A stretch of 64,000 nt of DNA. It comes from Octopus vulgaris. Taxonomy: Eukaryota. The stretch covers positions 49,166,001 through 49,230,000 of the forward strand of contig OX597815.1 of assembly GCA_951406725.2 (NCBI GenBank), given 5' to 3'. Under the pieces are notes generated by a model. That model saw only the letters and a program-made list of their open reading frames with translations, was not told the origin of the DNA and searched no databases. The translations under genes were made by a program, and so were the position numbers. Of the stretch, positions 38,561 through 52,255 are shown in pieces; positions within the stretch are counted from its first letter, which is position 1, and each line of letters begins with the position of its first letter.

Positions 38561-38943
38561 TCTAATAACATTTTGTTATGGTCATTAAATTTCAAATGTA
38601 GTGGAAGGATATTAAGATAATATTTACCAAATATATTCTTGTGTCACTAATACTATCAATCATCATTGTTTCCTGAGAAAATGTTCTTGTTTCCGTTAAA
38701 TTTCAAATGTAATGAAATAAATATTTCTGAAATATATATTCTTACCACCAATGCTATTTCACATTTACCACTCGCAGAACAAAATGTATTATATGACTTG
38801 AATTTAAATAATTATCCTATCTTTCTTTATGCAGTGTATTTTATTTGAAAATATTAACATAAATTGTTATATACTCCTCAAGGAAACTCGATTTCGTCCG
38901 AGAATTCCAGAACAAACATGAATGTTCAGTATGAGAAAGCCTA

Positions 38944-39019
<76 letters not shown>

Positions 39020-39781
39020 ATGTGTGTGCACTCGCATGTGTGTGTATGGTAATCAGACATACAGGAGCCTCCCAAAATGCATTTTAATTAGCCTAATTGA
39101 GGCATTTGTCAGCTGTCAGTACTCTGTAATAGATTAGAAATTAGATGGACTATGACCTGTGTAATGTCTATATCAAGTATGTAAACGGAATGCATGACTA
39201 TTGAATAAAGGAAATAAAGAAAATATAGCTTATATTTAGCGTACAGTGATCCTCCGGGACATATGCATGTTGCTGAAACTACCTGTTTCTTCCGCAAGTG
39301 TAAAAACAAGATCCTGTCAAGCCTTGCCTTAAACTGTAGTCGACCTCGAGGATTGAATATAAAGTGATCACTGACTGCATAATAAACTAAGGGAAGGTGT
39401 TCATATACAAGCGAAAAAAATTCCGTTTCATTGAGATAGTGAAAGCACTTCTAGTATGGTTTTAGCGATTTGTGGCAACTAGACAAACGTGAATTTCACA
39501 AGACATCGACGAATTTATTCCCTGAGAGATTCCCTACAACTGCTTAGAAATAAGGAGAAGCTATGACCAATGTAAGTGTGAAATAAATGAACAGTAAGAA
39601 TAAATATATCATATAGAAGATGAATATTCTTTCTCTGATGATTATCTTAGAAGACTAGAAACAAGTCACATTCCAGACCTTTTCTATCTAAATACGCATG
39701 GCCGTTTTGTTTACACTTAACAGTGAGGCTGAATTTGCATGTTCATTTAAAATGCGACAACTTAAATTTCATCAAATCAAT

Positions 39782-39958
39782 AGGTGTGGCAGTATATGGT
39801 AAGAAGCTTGCTTTCCAACCACAGAGTTCCAGTTTCAGTCCATAGTTCCGGGTTCATTCCCACTGCAAAGCACCTTGGGCAAGCGTCTTCTACTATAGCT
39901 TCAGGCCGACCAAACCCTTGAGAGTGGATTTGGTAGATAGAAAGTGAAAGAAGCCCGT

Positions 39959-40010
<52 letters not shown>

Positions 40011-40229
40011 TGTGTGTATTTGTGTGTCTGTGTTTGTCCCCCAATATCGCTTGACAACTGATGCTGGTGTGTTTATGTGGTCGTAACTTAGCGGTTCGGC
40101 AAAAGAGACCGATAGAATAAGTACTAGGCTTACAAAGAATAAGTCCTGGGGTCGATGTGCTCGACTAAAGGCGGTGCTCCAGCATGGCTACAGTGAAATG
40201 ACTGAAACAAGTAAAAGAGTAAAAGAATA
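39782..40229 (+). mobile_element. SINE family A (older), first of a tandem pair
   Basis: Colinear with family A. Confidence 0.9.
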
Positions 40230-40240
40230 TTTATATATAT

Positions 40241-40650
40241 AGGCGCAGGAGTGGCTGTGTGGTAAGCAGCTTGCTAACCAACCACATGGTTCCGGGTTCA
40301 GTCCCACTGCGTAGCATCTTGGGCAAGTGTCTTCTGCTATAGCCCCGGGCCAACCAATGCCTTGTGAGTGGATTTGGTAGACGGAAACTGAAAGAAGCCT
40401 GTCGTATATATGTATATATATATGTGTGTGTGTATATGTGTTTGTGTGTCTGTGTTTGTCCCCCTAGCATTGCTTGACAACCGATGCTGGTGTGTTTACG
40501 TCCCCGTCACTTAGCGGTTCGGCAAAAGAGACCGATAGAATAAGTACTGGGCTTACAAAGAATAAGTCCTGGGGTCGATGTGCTCGACTAAAGGCGCTGC
40601 TCCAGCATGGCTACAGTGAAATGACTGAAACAAGTAAAAGAGTAAAAGAA
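40241..40650 (+). mobile_element. SINE family A (young 5' part), second of a tandem pair
   Basis: 5' part near-identical to 6141-6548; 3' ~100 bp near-identical to its upstream neighbour. Confidence 0.92.
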
Positions 40651-40665
40651 TATATATATATGTAA

Positions 40666-40875
40666 TTGGTTCCAAATTTTGGCACAAGGCCAGCAATTTT
40701 TGGGGAAAAGGGGTCGCCTATTACCTCAGTACTCAACTAGTACTTATTTTATCTACCTCGACAGGATGAAAGGTAAAGTCGACCTCTGCATAATTTGAAC
40801 TCAGAACATAGTAACGGACGAAATGCAGCTAAGCATTTGGTTCGGCGCTTTAACGATTCTGCTGTCTCACCACCT

Positions 40876-40877
<2 letters not shown>
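40666..40877 (-). mobile_element. SINE family B
   Basis: Reverse match to B core, with GGCCTTGTGCCAAAATTTG-AACC tail. Confidence 0.85.
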
Positions 40878-40921
<44 letters not shown>

Positions 40922-41362
40922 TTAAAAACACATATATGGTTACATGCATATATTAAGCATATCAAATATCCACTCACATACTAAATGCTTTCGTAGGATT
41001 AGAACTCGTGTCTCTGGAGCAGGCAGTCTAACTTATTCGCTTGTCCATATTTATACATGTTCGTATTTTGTGTGAGAATATATTTCTTTGTAAACATGAT
41101 TAAATATAGAAAATCATATATCGGGCAGAAAATTATGCGCAATTTTGTTTGTAGAGAAATAAATTTAAAATAAAATTGAATTAAAAAAGAATATTTACGA
41201 AAAAATATTCACATTAAGATTTTGATTGATAATTTCTATTTTTAGTTCAGATTTGATAATGAAGAGTTTATAAATTTCAGAACTCATTTAGATCATTTAA
41301 AAAATCATTAAAATCAATTTGCATTATACAGTTATTTATATATATATGTATGTATGTATATA

Positions 41363-41421
<59 letters not shown>

Positions 41422-41729
41422 CGTTTGTTTATATTTTTGTGTTAGGTGTTAAAATATTAATGTTTTATATATATATATATATACATATGCGCGTGTGTGC
41501 ATATATATATACATATACACACACACACATACCAAACGTACCTATACATATGTAACCATCTATTTGTCTATGTTTGTATTTATCTATCTGTCTATATTTA
41601 TATTTCTCTATATATACTCTCACACTCACACATACATGCACATATATGCATATGCATACATACATGCATATAAATATATCCATCCATCCATGCATACATA
41701 CACACATGCATATAAATATATGCATCCAT

Positions 41730-42060
41730 CCATGACGGCCGTCCACTTATGATCGTGGAAGACCATTGCTGACCTTCAGGAACATTGTGCACTCTAGGAC
41801 TAACTAATATTTTGCATTTGTGGCTCTGTTGGTGGCTAATGAGCTCTGCTCTTCACAAGCATATACGACTGCAAATATTGCAAACCAAGCTTTCCTCATT
41901 CACTACACCAGCAGTGCGCTTTCGAACAGCACGCTTAAGTTCTTCATGCAGAATACGTGCTCTCTCAAAAGTGTCAGCTGTGTCCCTAGAATGGCAAGGG
42001 ATGCAGTATCACCAGGGAGTCTTTAATCATCTGGTACATATAAGAGTAGGGGTGTTGTGG
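41730..42060 (-). mobile_element. RTE-type LINE 3' end with C-terminal C2H2 motif
   Basis: Minus-strand TFERARILHEELKRAVRKRTAG...VCNICSRICL*RAELISHQQSH, then a short UTR and (ATGG)n tail. Confidence 0.6.
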
Positions 42061-42721
42061 CAGTCGAGATGTAAGTGGATTTTCTATGTAAGGTTTTAAC
42101 GATCACTTTTTCAACATAGAATGCTACTGGTATTTCGGGTGTTGCTGAATTTTCCTCATAAACTTTACTCCTTACATCCCTGTAATAAAATCTCTCATCA
42201 TCTACAAGATATATTTATCCTTTGAAATTCTTTTAACCATTTCTCGTTTTCATTAATACTTTCTTCTTGATCATTTTGTTCCTCCTCACTATGCAGAACT
42301 ATCTTCACAATTTCTTCATCATTTGCCTTGATAACCAAGAGGGTCATCATTATCCTTGTCCTTTACTTGATTTTATTTCAAGCATAATCTACCGACAATA
42401 TCACCCACTAAAATTAAATTTGTTTACGAAATCTGTAGGAAGCTCCCAACCAAACCATTATTGAGTGCAACAAGGGAACGGTGAATTAACTCCAATCTGT
42501 ATTTAGGTTTCTAACAACGTAATATGTCCAGGACACAAGGCTGAATTAGGGAAGTACAGCTAAATATCCCCTGAATCACACTCTGACTGAGAGGAAGTAG
42601 GATATATATATATATACATATATATATATATGTAAATAGTAATGCAATACGAGAGTATTGCTTTCCAGTTCGCTATTTTCCAGTAAATATCGGTGCTTCG
42701 TTGTTCCATTTATTTACTTTT

Positions 42722-42802
<81 letters not shown>

Positions 42803-42805
42803 ATA

Positions 42806-43091
42806 TTAGGGAGTATAACTTCAAACTTACAGGGAAAAATTCAATTTAGTATTAAATCAAATTTCACAATATAAATATGTAATATATATAAATTAGAGAA
42901 AAACCACTTTTATGCAATTCAAACAATGAATTTAAATTGTTGTCATGAAACGTACGTATTTTTTTTTATTATATATTGTTTATTCATTTTTGTACTTTTT
43001 GTGATCTAGTTATATCTTTTAAAATATATTTTATTTATGATTTGGTTTATGTCTATCATTGTTTGAATTGCATAATAGTGGTTTTTCTCTA

Positions 43092-43104
<13 letters not shown>
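42806..43104. mobile_element. (TA)n-embedded element with inverted arms
   Basis: AATTAGAGAAAAACCACT-TTATGCAATTCAAACAATGA (42891-42929) is inverted at 43056-43094; homologue at 31197-31403. Confidence 0.8.
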
Positions 43105-43157
<53 letters not shown>

Positions 43158-43266
43158 ATCTGATCATTATATATCTCATCTGCCATACAAATGTGACGGA
43201 ATTGTCACGCTTAGAATATCTTTAATCATAAGTGTATTCGATCAGGGATGATATGAACCTTTAATT

Positions 43267-43483
43267 ATGGTTTTAAATTTTGGTACGACGCCAGAAATCT
43301 CGGGCGAGACGATAAGTCAATTACATTGACCCCAGTGATCAACTGGTTCTTATTTTATCGACCCCACAAGGATGAAAGACAAAGTCGACCTCAGCGGTAT
43401 TTGAACTCAGAATGTAATATCAGACAAAACGCTGCTAAGCATTTTTCCTTGGCGTGCTAACGATTCTGCCAGCTCACCGCCTT
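43267..43483 (-). mobile_element. SINE family B
   Basis: Reverse match to B. Confidence 0.85.
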
Positions 43484-44149
43484 ACCAAGAACTAAATAAT
43501 AACAACACCGACAACCAATGACGTCAGCAATTGAACAATGAATAAAGACAATGACTGAAAACAAAGAATCCAAACCGATACACACCAACTGTCAAGTCTG
43601 TGTGATAGATCATATGTTCAGTTTGGGTGATCTGACAGTTTTGTTTGGTGTATAAGCAGGAATTAGGTTGGACAAATAACATCAAATTGCCAAAACTGAT
43701 TCCAATTGCTTTACATAGAAAATATATAGCAGAATGAGGCAAAAGAAAAAGTAATAAATATCAAAAATGCCAAATAGTTTTTCGTTTTTTTATGTTTGTC
43801 TTCTTTTGTGTGTGTGACTGTTGTTGTTGAAGAGATTTACTCAGCTTTTGTTGAACATTGTCATATAGATTTTATACATCTGATCAAACATTTAAATAGT
43901 GAACCAGTGAAGGAACGTCAATTTGTTCGTAGCACATGCTAGAAAAAACAGCTGACTCTCCCTCAAAATATGCGCTACTGTCTCTAAGAATGCACGTAAT
44001 AGAGTGTAGTTTTTGGTCAGTGTTTTTCTAGCCTTTATATTCATTGTATTCATTTTTCTTTTACTAATTCACCAACACAATTCCTGACCACATTCGCGAA
44101 AAAAAAGTCTTCTATACACAATTTATTTCACAAAATTAACACTTTTACA

Positions 44150-44365
44150 TTGGTTTCAAATTTTGGCACAGAGCCTGCAGGTTTTGCAGAGGGGATAAGT
44201 CGATTAAATCGACCCCAGTGTTCAACTAGTACTTATTTCTTCGACCCGGAAATGATGAAAGGCAAAATCGACCCCGGTGGATTTTGAACTCTGGATGTAA
44301 AGACGGACGGAATATTGCTAAGCATTTCACCCGGTGTCCTAACGATTCTGCCAGCCCACCACCTT
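44150..44365 (-). mobile_element. SINE family B
   Basis: Reverse match to B. Confidence 0.85.
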
Positions 44366-44436
44366 GACAGTCTTATATTAGTTTAATATTATATACACTT
44401 AAATCGATATTCGGGAAAGCAGAGTAAATAATAATT

Positions 44437-44624
44437 ATGTAATCCCTCGTCTATCGCGGGTGTTACGTTCTAAAACCTCCCACTGAAATATTTAAGGTCT
44501 AAACTGCCGCAGAAACCTGGATATACTGAGGAGTCCGCGATATGATTTTACATATATTAGCCAGAAAAATCCGCGATGTACCAACTGCGTGATAGGGGAA
44601 CCGCGATGTGGAGAAGGATTATCG
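44437..44624. mobile_element. pogo/Tigger-like MITE, second copy
   Basis: GTAATCCCTCG-CTATCGCGG-TGTTACGTTC is the reverse complement of the right end of 30698-30921. Confidence 0.7.
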
Positions 44625-44871
44625 TACTTCGAATACAGGCACAAGGCAAGGAATTTCGCGGGAAGTGGTTATTAGATAGAATCATTTCAAGTACTTGACT
44701 GTATGATTCCGGAGAGATGAAAGACACAGTTAACTTCATCGTGATTAGAACTCAGAACCAGATGTTTTGCCAATCCACCACTATAATTGCACAAATCACA
44801 ATGATTGATTTATTTTCAACCGAAAATAATTTGCCACAGGAATCATCAAATTTCCGACTAGAACACTAATA

Positions 44872-45060
44872 ATGGTTTCAAATTTCTGCGCAAAACCTGT
44901 CATTTTGAGAAAGGGGATAATCGATTACATCGACCCCGGTGATCCGAAAAGATGAAAGACAAAGTTGGTATCGGCAGATTTGAACTCAGGGCGTGAAAAC
45001 GGACGAAATGCCTTGAAGTATTTTGTCCAGCGTGCTGACGTTTCTGCCAGCTCACCGCCA
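44872..45060 (-). mobile_element. SINE family B
   Basis: Reverse match to B. Confidence 0.82.
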
Positions 45061-45087
45061 AATTAGATTCGTAATACTTAGACACAA

Positions 45088-45321
45088 GGCGACGAGCTGG
45101 CAGAATCGTTAGCACGCCGGGCGAAATGCTTTGCGGTATTTCGTCTGCAGTTACATTCTGAGTTCAAATTCCGCCGAGATCAACTTTGCCTTTCATCGTT
45201 TCGGGGTTGATTAAATAAGTACCAGTTACGCACTGGGATCGATATAATCGACTTAATCTGTTTGTCTGTCCTTGTTTGTCCTCTCTGTGTTTAGCCCTTG
45301 TGGGTAGTAAAGAAATAGGTT
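45088..45321 (+). mobile_element. SINE family B, full length with 10-bp TSD
   Basis: TSD TTAGACACAA at 45078-45087 and 45322-45331; A and B boxes present. Confidence 0.92.
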
Positions 45322-46090
45322 TTAGACACAATACTATAACTGGATAGTAAAAAAGAAGATATGGCCTTGACGAGAATTGATCAGTGGTCTGTTCAATTAT
45401 ATCTACCCGGCATTAAACAACAGCAACAAATTTTAATTAAGATTGTTGATAATTTATATTGTATTTTCTCTTTCCCGCCTTTACTCAATATTCACGATCC
45501 CTTTTTTGCAGTCATAAACAACCTAGAACTACATTATACGATATGGACTTCTTTTTAAGCCAGTAGCGTATAATCTGATGAAAATTTAGCTGCTATTCCT
45601 ATATGCTAATGTCGTTGTTGTTTAGTCCCAGGGCAGCCATGAATGAGTAAACTTATAATCAGAGACGTTCCAAATGAGACCATCTAGTCTTTCGATGTTT
45701 ACACGTAATTTTATGCAGACCTACACAAAAGAATTTGTTCTTCACGTTTTTAGACAGTAGGGTGTTCTTTGAGGAAGACTGGGTGCGATTTCTAGCAGGT
45801 TAAGGGTCCACGTATAGGCTCCTTCTTTAGTTCACTTATCAGCTTTCTTGTTTTGTCAGATTTGTTATAAGTGTAATTATAGTTATTTTTACCTTTGCTT
45901 AATATAACACAATCTAGTGTAGTATAGTATAACTTAGTGTAGTTTAATGTGATGGTCTGATGTGGTGTGATGTAAGGTAGCGTGTGATACAAAATAGGGT
46001 CTATGGTCCTTCTCATTAGGCTGGTTCGTAAAGCCGGTTTCCCGAATTCTGTGGCATATATATATATGTGTGTGTGTGTGTGTATGTGTG

Positions 46091-46150
<60 letters not shown>

Positions 46151-46259
46151 AGAGAGAGAGATATGAAGGACAAAGTTAACTTCATCGCGATTTGAACTCA
46201 GAACCAGACGCTTTACCAATCCACCACCATAACTGCACATACTCTGCTGGATGTGATGC

Positions 46260-46423
46260 CGGTCCATCGCAAGTTTACTCATTCTTGTCAGCTGTGTGAA
46301 CTGTAGCAACGTGAAATGAAGTGCTTACTCAAAAACAGAACGCATCGCCAGGTCCAGTAATCGAAAGCGAAATTTTACGATCATGAGTCCAACACCCTTA
46401 CCACTAAGCCACGCATCGTCCAC
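46260..46423 (-). mobile_element. SINE family C
   Basis: Reverse match to the C head (GTGGCTTAGTGGTAAGGGTGTT) and central block. Confidence 0.75.
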
Positions 46424-46591
46424 TGTGGTGTAATATGGTAATAGTGTAAATTTAATGCAGTAAAGTATCCTATAGTGTGGTGCCTTGAAATGAGTTATAG
46501 TTTGTGGAGTGCAGTGTGATGTGAAGTGGGGTACTGTGAGTTTTGTGTAGAGTAGAGAAGAAAGATGTTATGCAGTGTAAGTGTGGGGTCG

Positions 46592-46771
46592 TTGACATAG
46601 ATGTAGTAGCTATTAGAGCCACAAAGATTTCTGGAGTGCACACACTAGCACCATTTTCAATGACTATGAGATATTCTCAACTCGTGCTCTGCCAGGATTG
46701 GGTGATGTGGTAGCAGTGCTATTCCGGAACTCCTTAGATCTCAAATGACGGTTTCTTCAGACGTCTAAAAA
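46592..46771 (+). mobile_element. Local duplicate of part of the Tx1-like endonuclease region
   Basis: Near-identical to 48632-48792 joined to 48887-48906. Confidence 0.9.
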
Positions 46772-48549
46772 CAGCAGCAATAACATCAACATCATCGTCA
46801 TCATCATCATCTCCACTTCTACCACTATCCTACTATCCTACAGTATCTTCCACCACTATCCCACTATCCAACAAAAGACAGATAAATTGGACAATGTCCT
46901 CTGAGTAAACTTATAATTAGAAACATTCCAACAGAGACCGTCAAGTCTTTCTATGTTTACTCGTAACTGTATGCAGCACTACATTATGGAATTTGTTCTT
47001 CCTGTTTTCAGATAGTAAGGTGTGCTTTGATGAAGACTGGGTGCCATTTCTAGCAGGTAGCCAGAAAAAAAAAAGATGAAATGGTCACGGTTGGATAACC
47101 GTTGATTTTAGACCTGCTCCACTAGGAATGACTTGATGGTGATGGGAATGATGGAGGTGGTGATGGGGATGATGGAGGTGGTGATGGGGATGATGGAGGG
47201 GGTGATGGGGATGATGGAGGTGGTGATGGTTTAAAAAAAAACACCAACAAAAACAGCTGCAACAGTTGAGATAAATGAAACGCATGCAACAGATCAAAAG
47301 TACAAACTCACTCTCTGAGCAGCCCATTCGCCCTGTTCTGTGCCAACTCGACACCCATCCCTGTGTTGTTCCTGTCTATATTTCGCAGACATAATGGTAG
47401 ATCAATGAATGACCAGACCAAATAAGCCATCAGCAGAGAAATCCATTGAGCAATATCGGTAAAAACAGACAACAAAAGATTCCTTCATCGCTACCATCAC
47501 CACTAACAATACCTCCGTCGCCATCCTCACCACGACTTTACCACAACATAACTACATTCATTATTATACTGCCACTATCATCACCATCACTACTATCGTC
47601 AACCCCAACACCTCAAGCTATACGACATCACTCCCACCACAACACCACCACCAACAACAAAAACATCACACTTTTATATAACTCCCCACCCGCCAGCATT
47701 CTCCATTACCACTGTTACATATTTATTAGACATGCTTATTGGTTTTAATATATTGGCAAAACATTTTTTTAAAACCAAAATCAAATTTTCAACGTTTTGT
47801 TGAAGTAACCCCACTCCCTCCTTTCCTCCCCATGTTTGTCTCCCCTCCTCACTCCTTCTCTTTGTCTCTGAGTTTCTCTTTTTGCAAATTATTTTCATTG
47901 CTGTTTTGACTTTTCTATCCACATCTCCTCACATCCACGTTTTAATGTGGAAGCTACTGGTTGTTGCTGTTGTCTAGTTGTTGTTTAGCTCCAGGTCAGC
48001 ACTGATGGCAACGTGAGCTGTATATGATGTTGTTGTTGCTGCTGTTGCTGTTTAACCCAAGATCAACCCTGATTAAGCAGTTGTGGTTACCCTTGTAGGT
48101 TGTGTTTGATGATGCTTTTGTTGTCGATGTTGTTGTTAAGCCCTCAAACCAACAAGAAAACACAAACACAACTAAGGCTAAAACTGCGGAAACAATAAAA
48201 CTCAAACTGTACAAAAACAATTTCCATCACCTTCACTGTTGTGAATAAAAACAACAGAGTCGATGGAATATTTAAATCATGTAAATAATAAAACTGATAC
48301 AGAGAGTGGGGAAGGGTTTAAGTATTTCATAATCAAACTCTGAAAGGCAGTTCCTCGATAAAGACGTCGTCACACATCTACAAAAGAATTCGAGAAAATT
48401 TTCCGTCTACCGTGGGGATTTTCAAAAAGATATCTTTACAAAGCGACAAATTACTTTTAGATAAATTATTTTCAGTAAACAGTCACTCAAGAGAGATCCG
48501 GAACATTCAGGTTTCTCTAAGGCGAGTGACCTTCCCTTTACTTTCTCCG

Positions 48550-50390
48550 ATAAACATGGCTGTGCTGAGATTGATGATGTATGAATGTGCGTGGTCTGAG
48601 GAAACAAAATCGTTCAAAGATCACAAGTCACTTGACATAGATGTAGTAGCTATTAGAGACGCAAAGATTTCTGGAGTGCACACAGTAGCGCCCATTTTCA
48701 ATGACTATGAGATATTCTCAACTCGTGCTCTACCAGGATTGGGTGATGTGGTAGCAGTGCTATTCCGGAACTCCTTAGATCTCAGATGACGGACAGCAAG
48801 TTGGTGGTCCTTGAGGTAAACTGCAGAGAAGGTCGCGCCTTTAGCCCGGAGGCTGCTTATACTCCGACAGATGCTGGGAGGCCAGGTTTCTTCAGACGTC
48901 TAAAAAAATTGATGGGGACATCCTGATCACTATTGCTAGTTGGGAATCGGAATTGTATTTTGGATGCACGGAACAATTGTGTAGGGCTAGTGCATAAACG
49001 AAACAGGTGCAAAAGTTAGGTACCACCTGAAATTCCCTGATGTGCCACCGTAGACATGGAGAAAGTACCGCAGGTCATCTGGATTGTATCTTGGTAAAGT
49101 ATTTGTTAGGTCAGTGGATGAGGATAGCGTAGGATGTTCACTGTTCAAACAGGTCAGCTATACAGATCAGAAGTTTGTAATCTGTTAAGTTGATTTAGAT
49201 ATGAGCCATATTTAGGAACTCTGTTACTGGTTGTTGAATGCATTCTTACAGGCATGCAAAGCTTACAGGGACCGGATTGGTGAACTAGTTAAACGAGTGG
49301 TGGATTGACCTGAAGTGGGCAATTAAAGTAGAATCGATAGCGTCAAGCAAAGAGCTGGCAACAGAAAGAAAAAGATTAGGAGAACTATTAGCAACGGAGA
49401 AGAGGCGATTAGTAAAAGCATCTCGACCGATGTGCTAACGGTGAGATTGACCTTTGGTGATTTCTTCGAGGGGAAACACGAAAGTTGAGTTGTCAAAGAT
49501 AAGGCCTGTGCACTCAAACACGAGGAGAACTAAAGTCGTCTTATGAGCTCGATATGATGTGACAATAAAACGTCAATCAGGTTTCAAGCAGATGTTGGCG
49601 GCTTTCCAGCAGCGCTTTGCATGACTGTTTGGAAGAGATGAGTCAACGATGATAGTTGTCTTTAGTCCGTACCTAGACGGCTAGCTATGGTTATGCCACC
49701 TGTATAGATTCCTAGACAGTGAATGTATGTAAGGCACTGTTCGCGAGGAACATCTTTCTGCAGCTCGTCTCCTTGACAGAGCTGCAGTCCTGGGTGAAGC
49801 ACAAATCGTGACTGGGTGCCTGGCACCTAGAATATCATCAGGCTCTCACCAACCTTTACCAGTCGGGCATTGGGATCAATGGATGATCCACTTTAGCAAT
49901 CTATAGAGAATTAGTAACAGGAAAGTATGATGACATTCTCGGGAAGACTCAGGACGTCGACGAAACGAGCTAGCTAATTTTTTCCGAACGATTCTTCGGT
50001 CGGGGACTATCATGAATAATGTCCAGAAGTTCTTGGCCTGACAGTGCTATCGAGGGACGCTAGCAGTCCGAGATAAACTCTACAGGTACGGATGTGCTGT
50101 CAAACGAGCTGGTCTGAGATGTGTGCAGAGCGACGAAACCGTTATACACATACTCGCTCAGTATCTGGGCATTGTCGACTTGTGGAGTTCTGTCAATCAG
50201 CAACTGTCATGCGTGGGACGGAGCCATCTAACGGTCGAGTTCATATTAATAATTACCTCTTCGCCCTTCTTAAATCGGGCAGGTAACGCCGTTTTCCTTT
50301 GTCTAGTGGACGAGGTTGAAAGGTATGAAAACAGAGGTATCGGGCTCATTAGACGGCTTTAGTTCCCCTCGTGCTTGAGCATGTCCCTTA
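48550..50390 (+). mobile_element. Decayed L1/Tx1-clade LINE ORF2 (APE endonuclease; RT apparently deleted; C-terminal Cys/His motif)
   Basis: DIDVVAIRD, VAVLFR, KLVVLEV...AAYTP...FFRRL...LLLVGNRNCILD, SYTDQK, YWLLNAFL; near 50030-50170 LA*QCYRGTLAVRDKL and CVQSDETVIHILAQ. Confidence 0.75.
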
Positions 50391-50616
50391 GTGACTGATG
50401 ATATGTGCATCTCTGATCACGAGCAGAAGTAGTGAGGCGCACTGTAGTTATGTGTTGAGAGGAATTATTTGGGGTTTGAATAATTCACCTCTGGAAACAT
50501 GGGTGTTTCGTTCAACATCCTTAAACAACCTAATTGAGAGGGATGGACTACTCAACCTGAAGATAATTCTAACTGGGCCCTACCTGCAAGGTCATGCGCT
50601 GTTAATCTTGATATGA

Positions 50617-50769
50617 GATCACTATGTCACGCACATATGGTTGTGATGCATGTGCCTGGTGCACCCTTATCAGACGGGTAGTTATGATGGGTATACTGGG
50701 TTTCGTATATTTTACCTCAGTATCACTTTGATGGCATGAACTGCTCTCTCACTCAGTAATAATAATAAT
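50617..50769 (+). mobile_element. Probable retroelement 3' end with (TAA)n tail
   Basis: GC-balanced 140-bp block ending CTCTCTCACTCAG(TAA)n; family not identifiable from this window. Confidence 0.35.
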
Positions 50770-51227
50770 TGCTGTTGTTACTATTATTATCACCATCGTC
50801 ATTATCATTAGGGTGTTTGATGATATTACCTCGGTGCCTGACTAAATGTTTTATAGTAACGTATTGAAATACCCTGACAAGTGAGTTCATACACTACACT
50901 GAAATACATTACACAGCCATGATTAATATATAGGCATTGGCTACAAAAGTGCAACATTTAGGCTTTAGCAAGTTTTTAGCTCTTAGCATTTTAACCTATG
51001 GACTATAAATGATTAATTACGTGGAAAGAGCAACTCCAGTACAGTCAGTTGCCACAGTAAGAAAATCAAATTTCATTTCGCATCAAGGTTGTCTGGTTTC
51101 GATATGACATAATCTATAGCAAGGTTAGGTTAATGTCTTGTGAACAACAAGGATTGAAATGACTGAAACGGACTAATAAGAGAAGATATATTCATACACA
51201 TACGCGTATACATGTATATATGTATAG

Positions 51228-51640
51228 AGGAAGCGTGCCTGTGTGGTAAGAAGCGTACTTTTCAAGCACCTTTTTTCCGGGTTCAGTCCCACTGCATGGC
51301 ACTTTGGGCAAGTGTCTTCTATTATAGCCACGGGCCGACCAAAGCCTTGTGAGTGAGTTTTGGTAGGCGGAAACTAAAAAAAGCCCGTCGAATATGTGTG
51401 TGTGTGTGTGTGTATGTGTGTGTGTGTGTGTGTCTGTCCCTAATCCCCACCACTGCTTGACAATCGATGTTGGAGTGTTTGCGTCTCCATAACTTAGCGG
51501 TCCGGCAAAATAGACCGATAGAATAGGTACTAGGCTTACAAAAAATAAGTTCTGGGCTCGATTGCTTCGACAAAAACCCTTTAAGGCGGTGCTCCAGCAT
51601 GGCCGCATTAAAAATTACTGAAGCAAGTCACTGAATAAAC
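51228..51640 (+). mobile_element. SINE family A
   Basis: Colinear with family A. Confidence 0.88.
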
Positions 51641-52079
51641 GCAAAAAGAATATATACATGCATACACACACGTATTTTATTGTGAGAAAGAGTACCTAAA
51701 GAGACCGGTGGTTCTCTACACCGGTAAGAATTATACATATTGCTAAACGTAAACAGTAAGTTAACATGTCGTGGAGGGTTGGGTTTCCTACACACGGGCT
51801 AAAACGTTCAAGGTTGAGATAAAGGTAAGTAAAAAGAAAACAGACAGAAATATATCGTTGCAATACCTCTCGTAGACGACAGGTGAGAGTTCTGCATGAT
51901 CGTGCTGAACAGCTTGCGCAAACGATTTATTTATAGTGATCTACTGTGTGCTGTATATTTGTCCTCTCGATCCATGAAATCGAAATTGTCTGTACAGGTA
52001 CTCGTGGTGCCACACATTGGATGTCGAAATGATGGCAGAGCAACGTTTTCCCCAAGAACATAATGCATTGGACGGTCTC

Positions 52080-52129
<50 letters not shown>

Positions 52130-52255
52130 CATATATATATATATATATATATATAATACGGATGAAAAATTGAATATTAATTTGATTAATATCAATTTTA
52201 AACCAGTGGTCTAGCATATAGAAAAATCTGAAGATTCAGAAAAATTATATTACAT

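Noticed and set aside
41810-41900. Host C2H2 zinc-finger gene
   Set aside because: Single finger with an in-frame stop, preceded by an RTE-like C-terminus and followed by a tandem-repeat tail
51696-51732. CTAAAGA-G-ACCGGTG..CACCGGT-AAGAAT as a hammerhead
   Set aside because: Good hairpin, but both core segments are mutated and no stem I or III pairs
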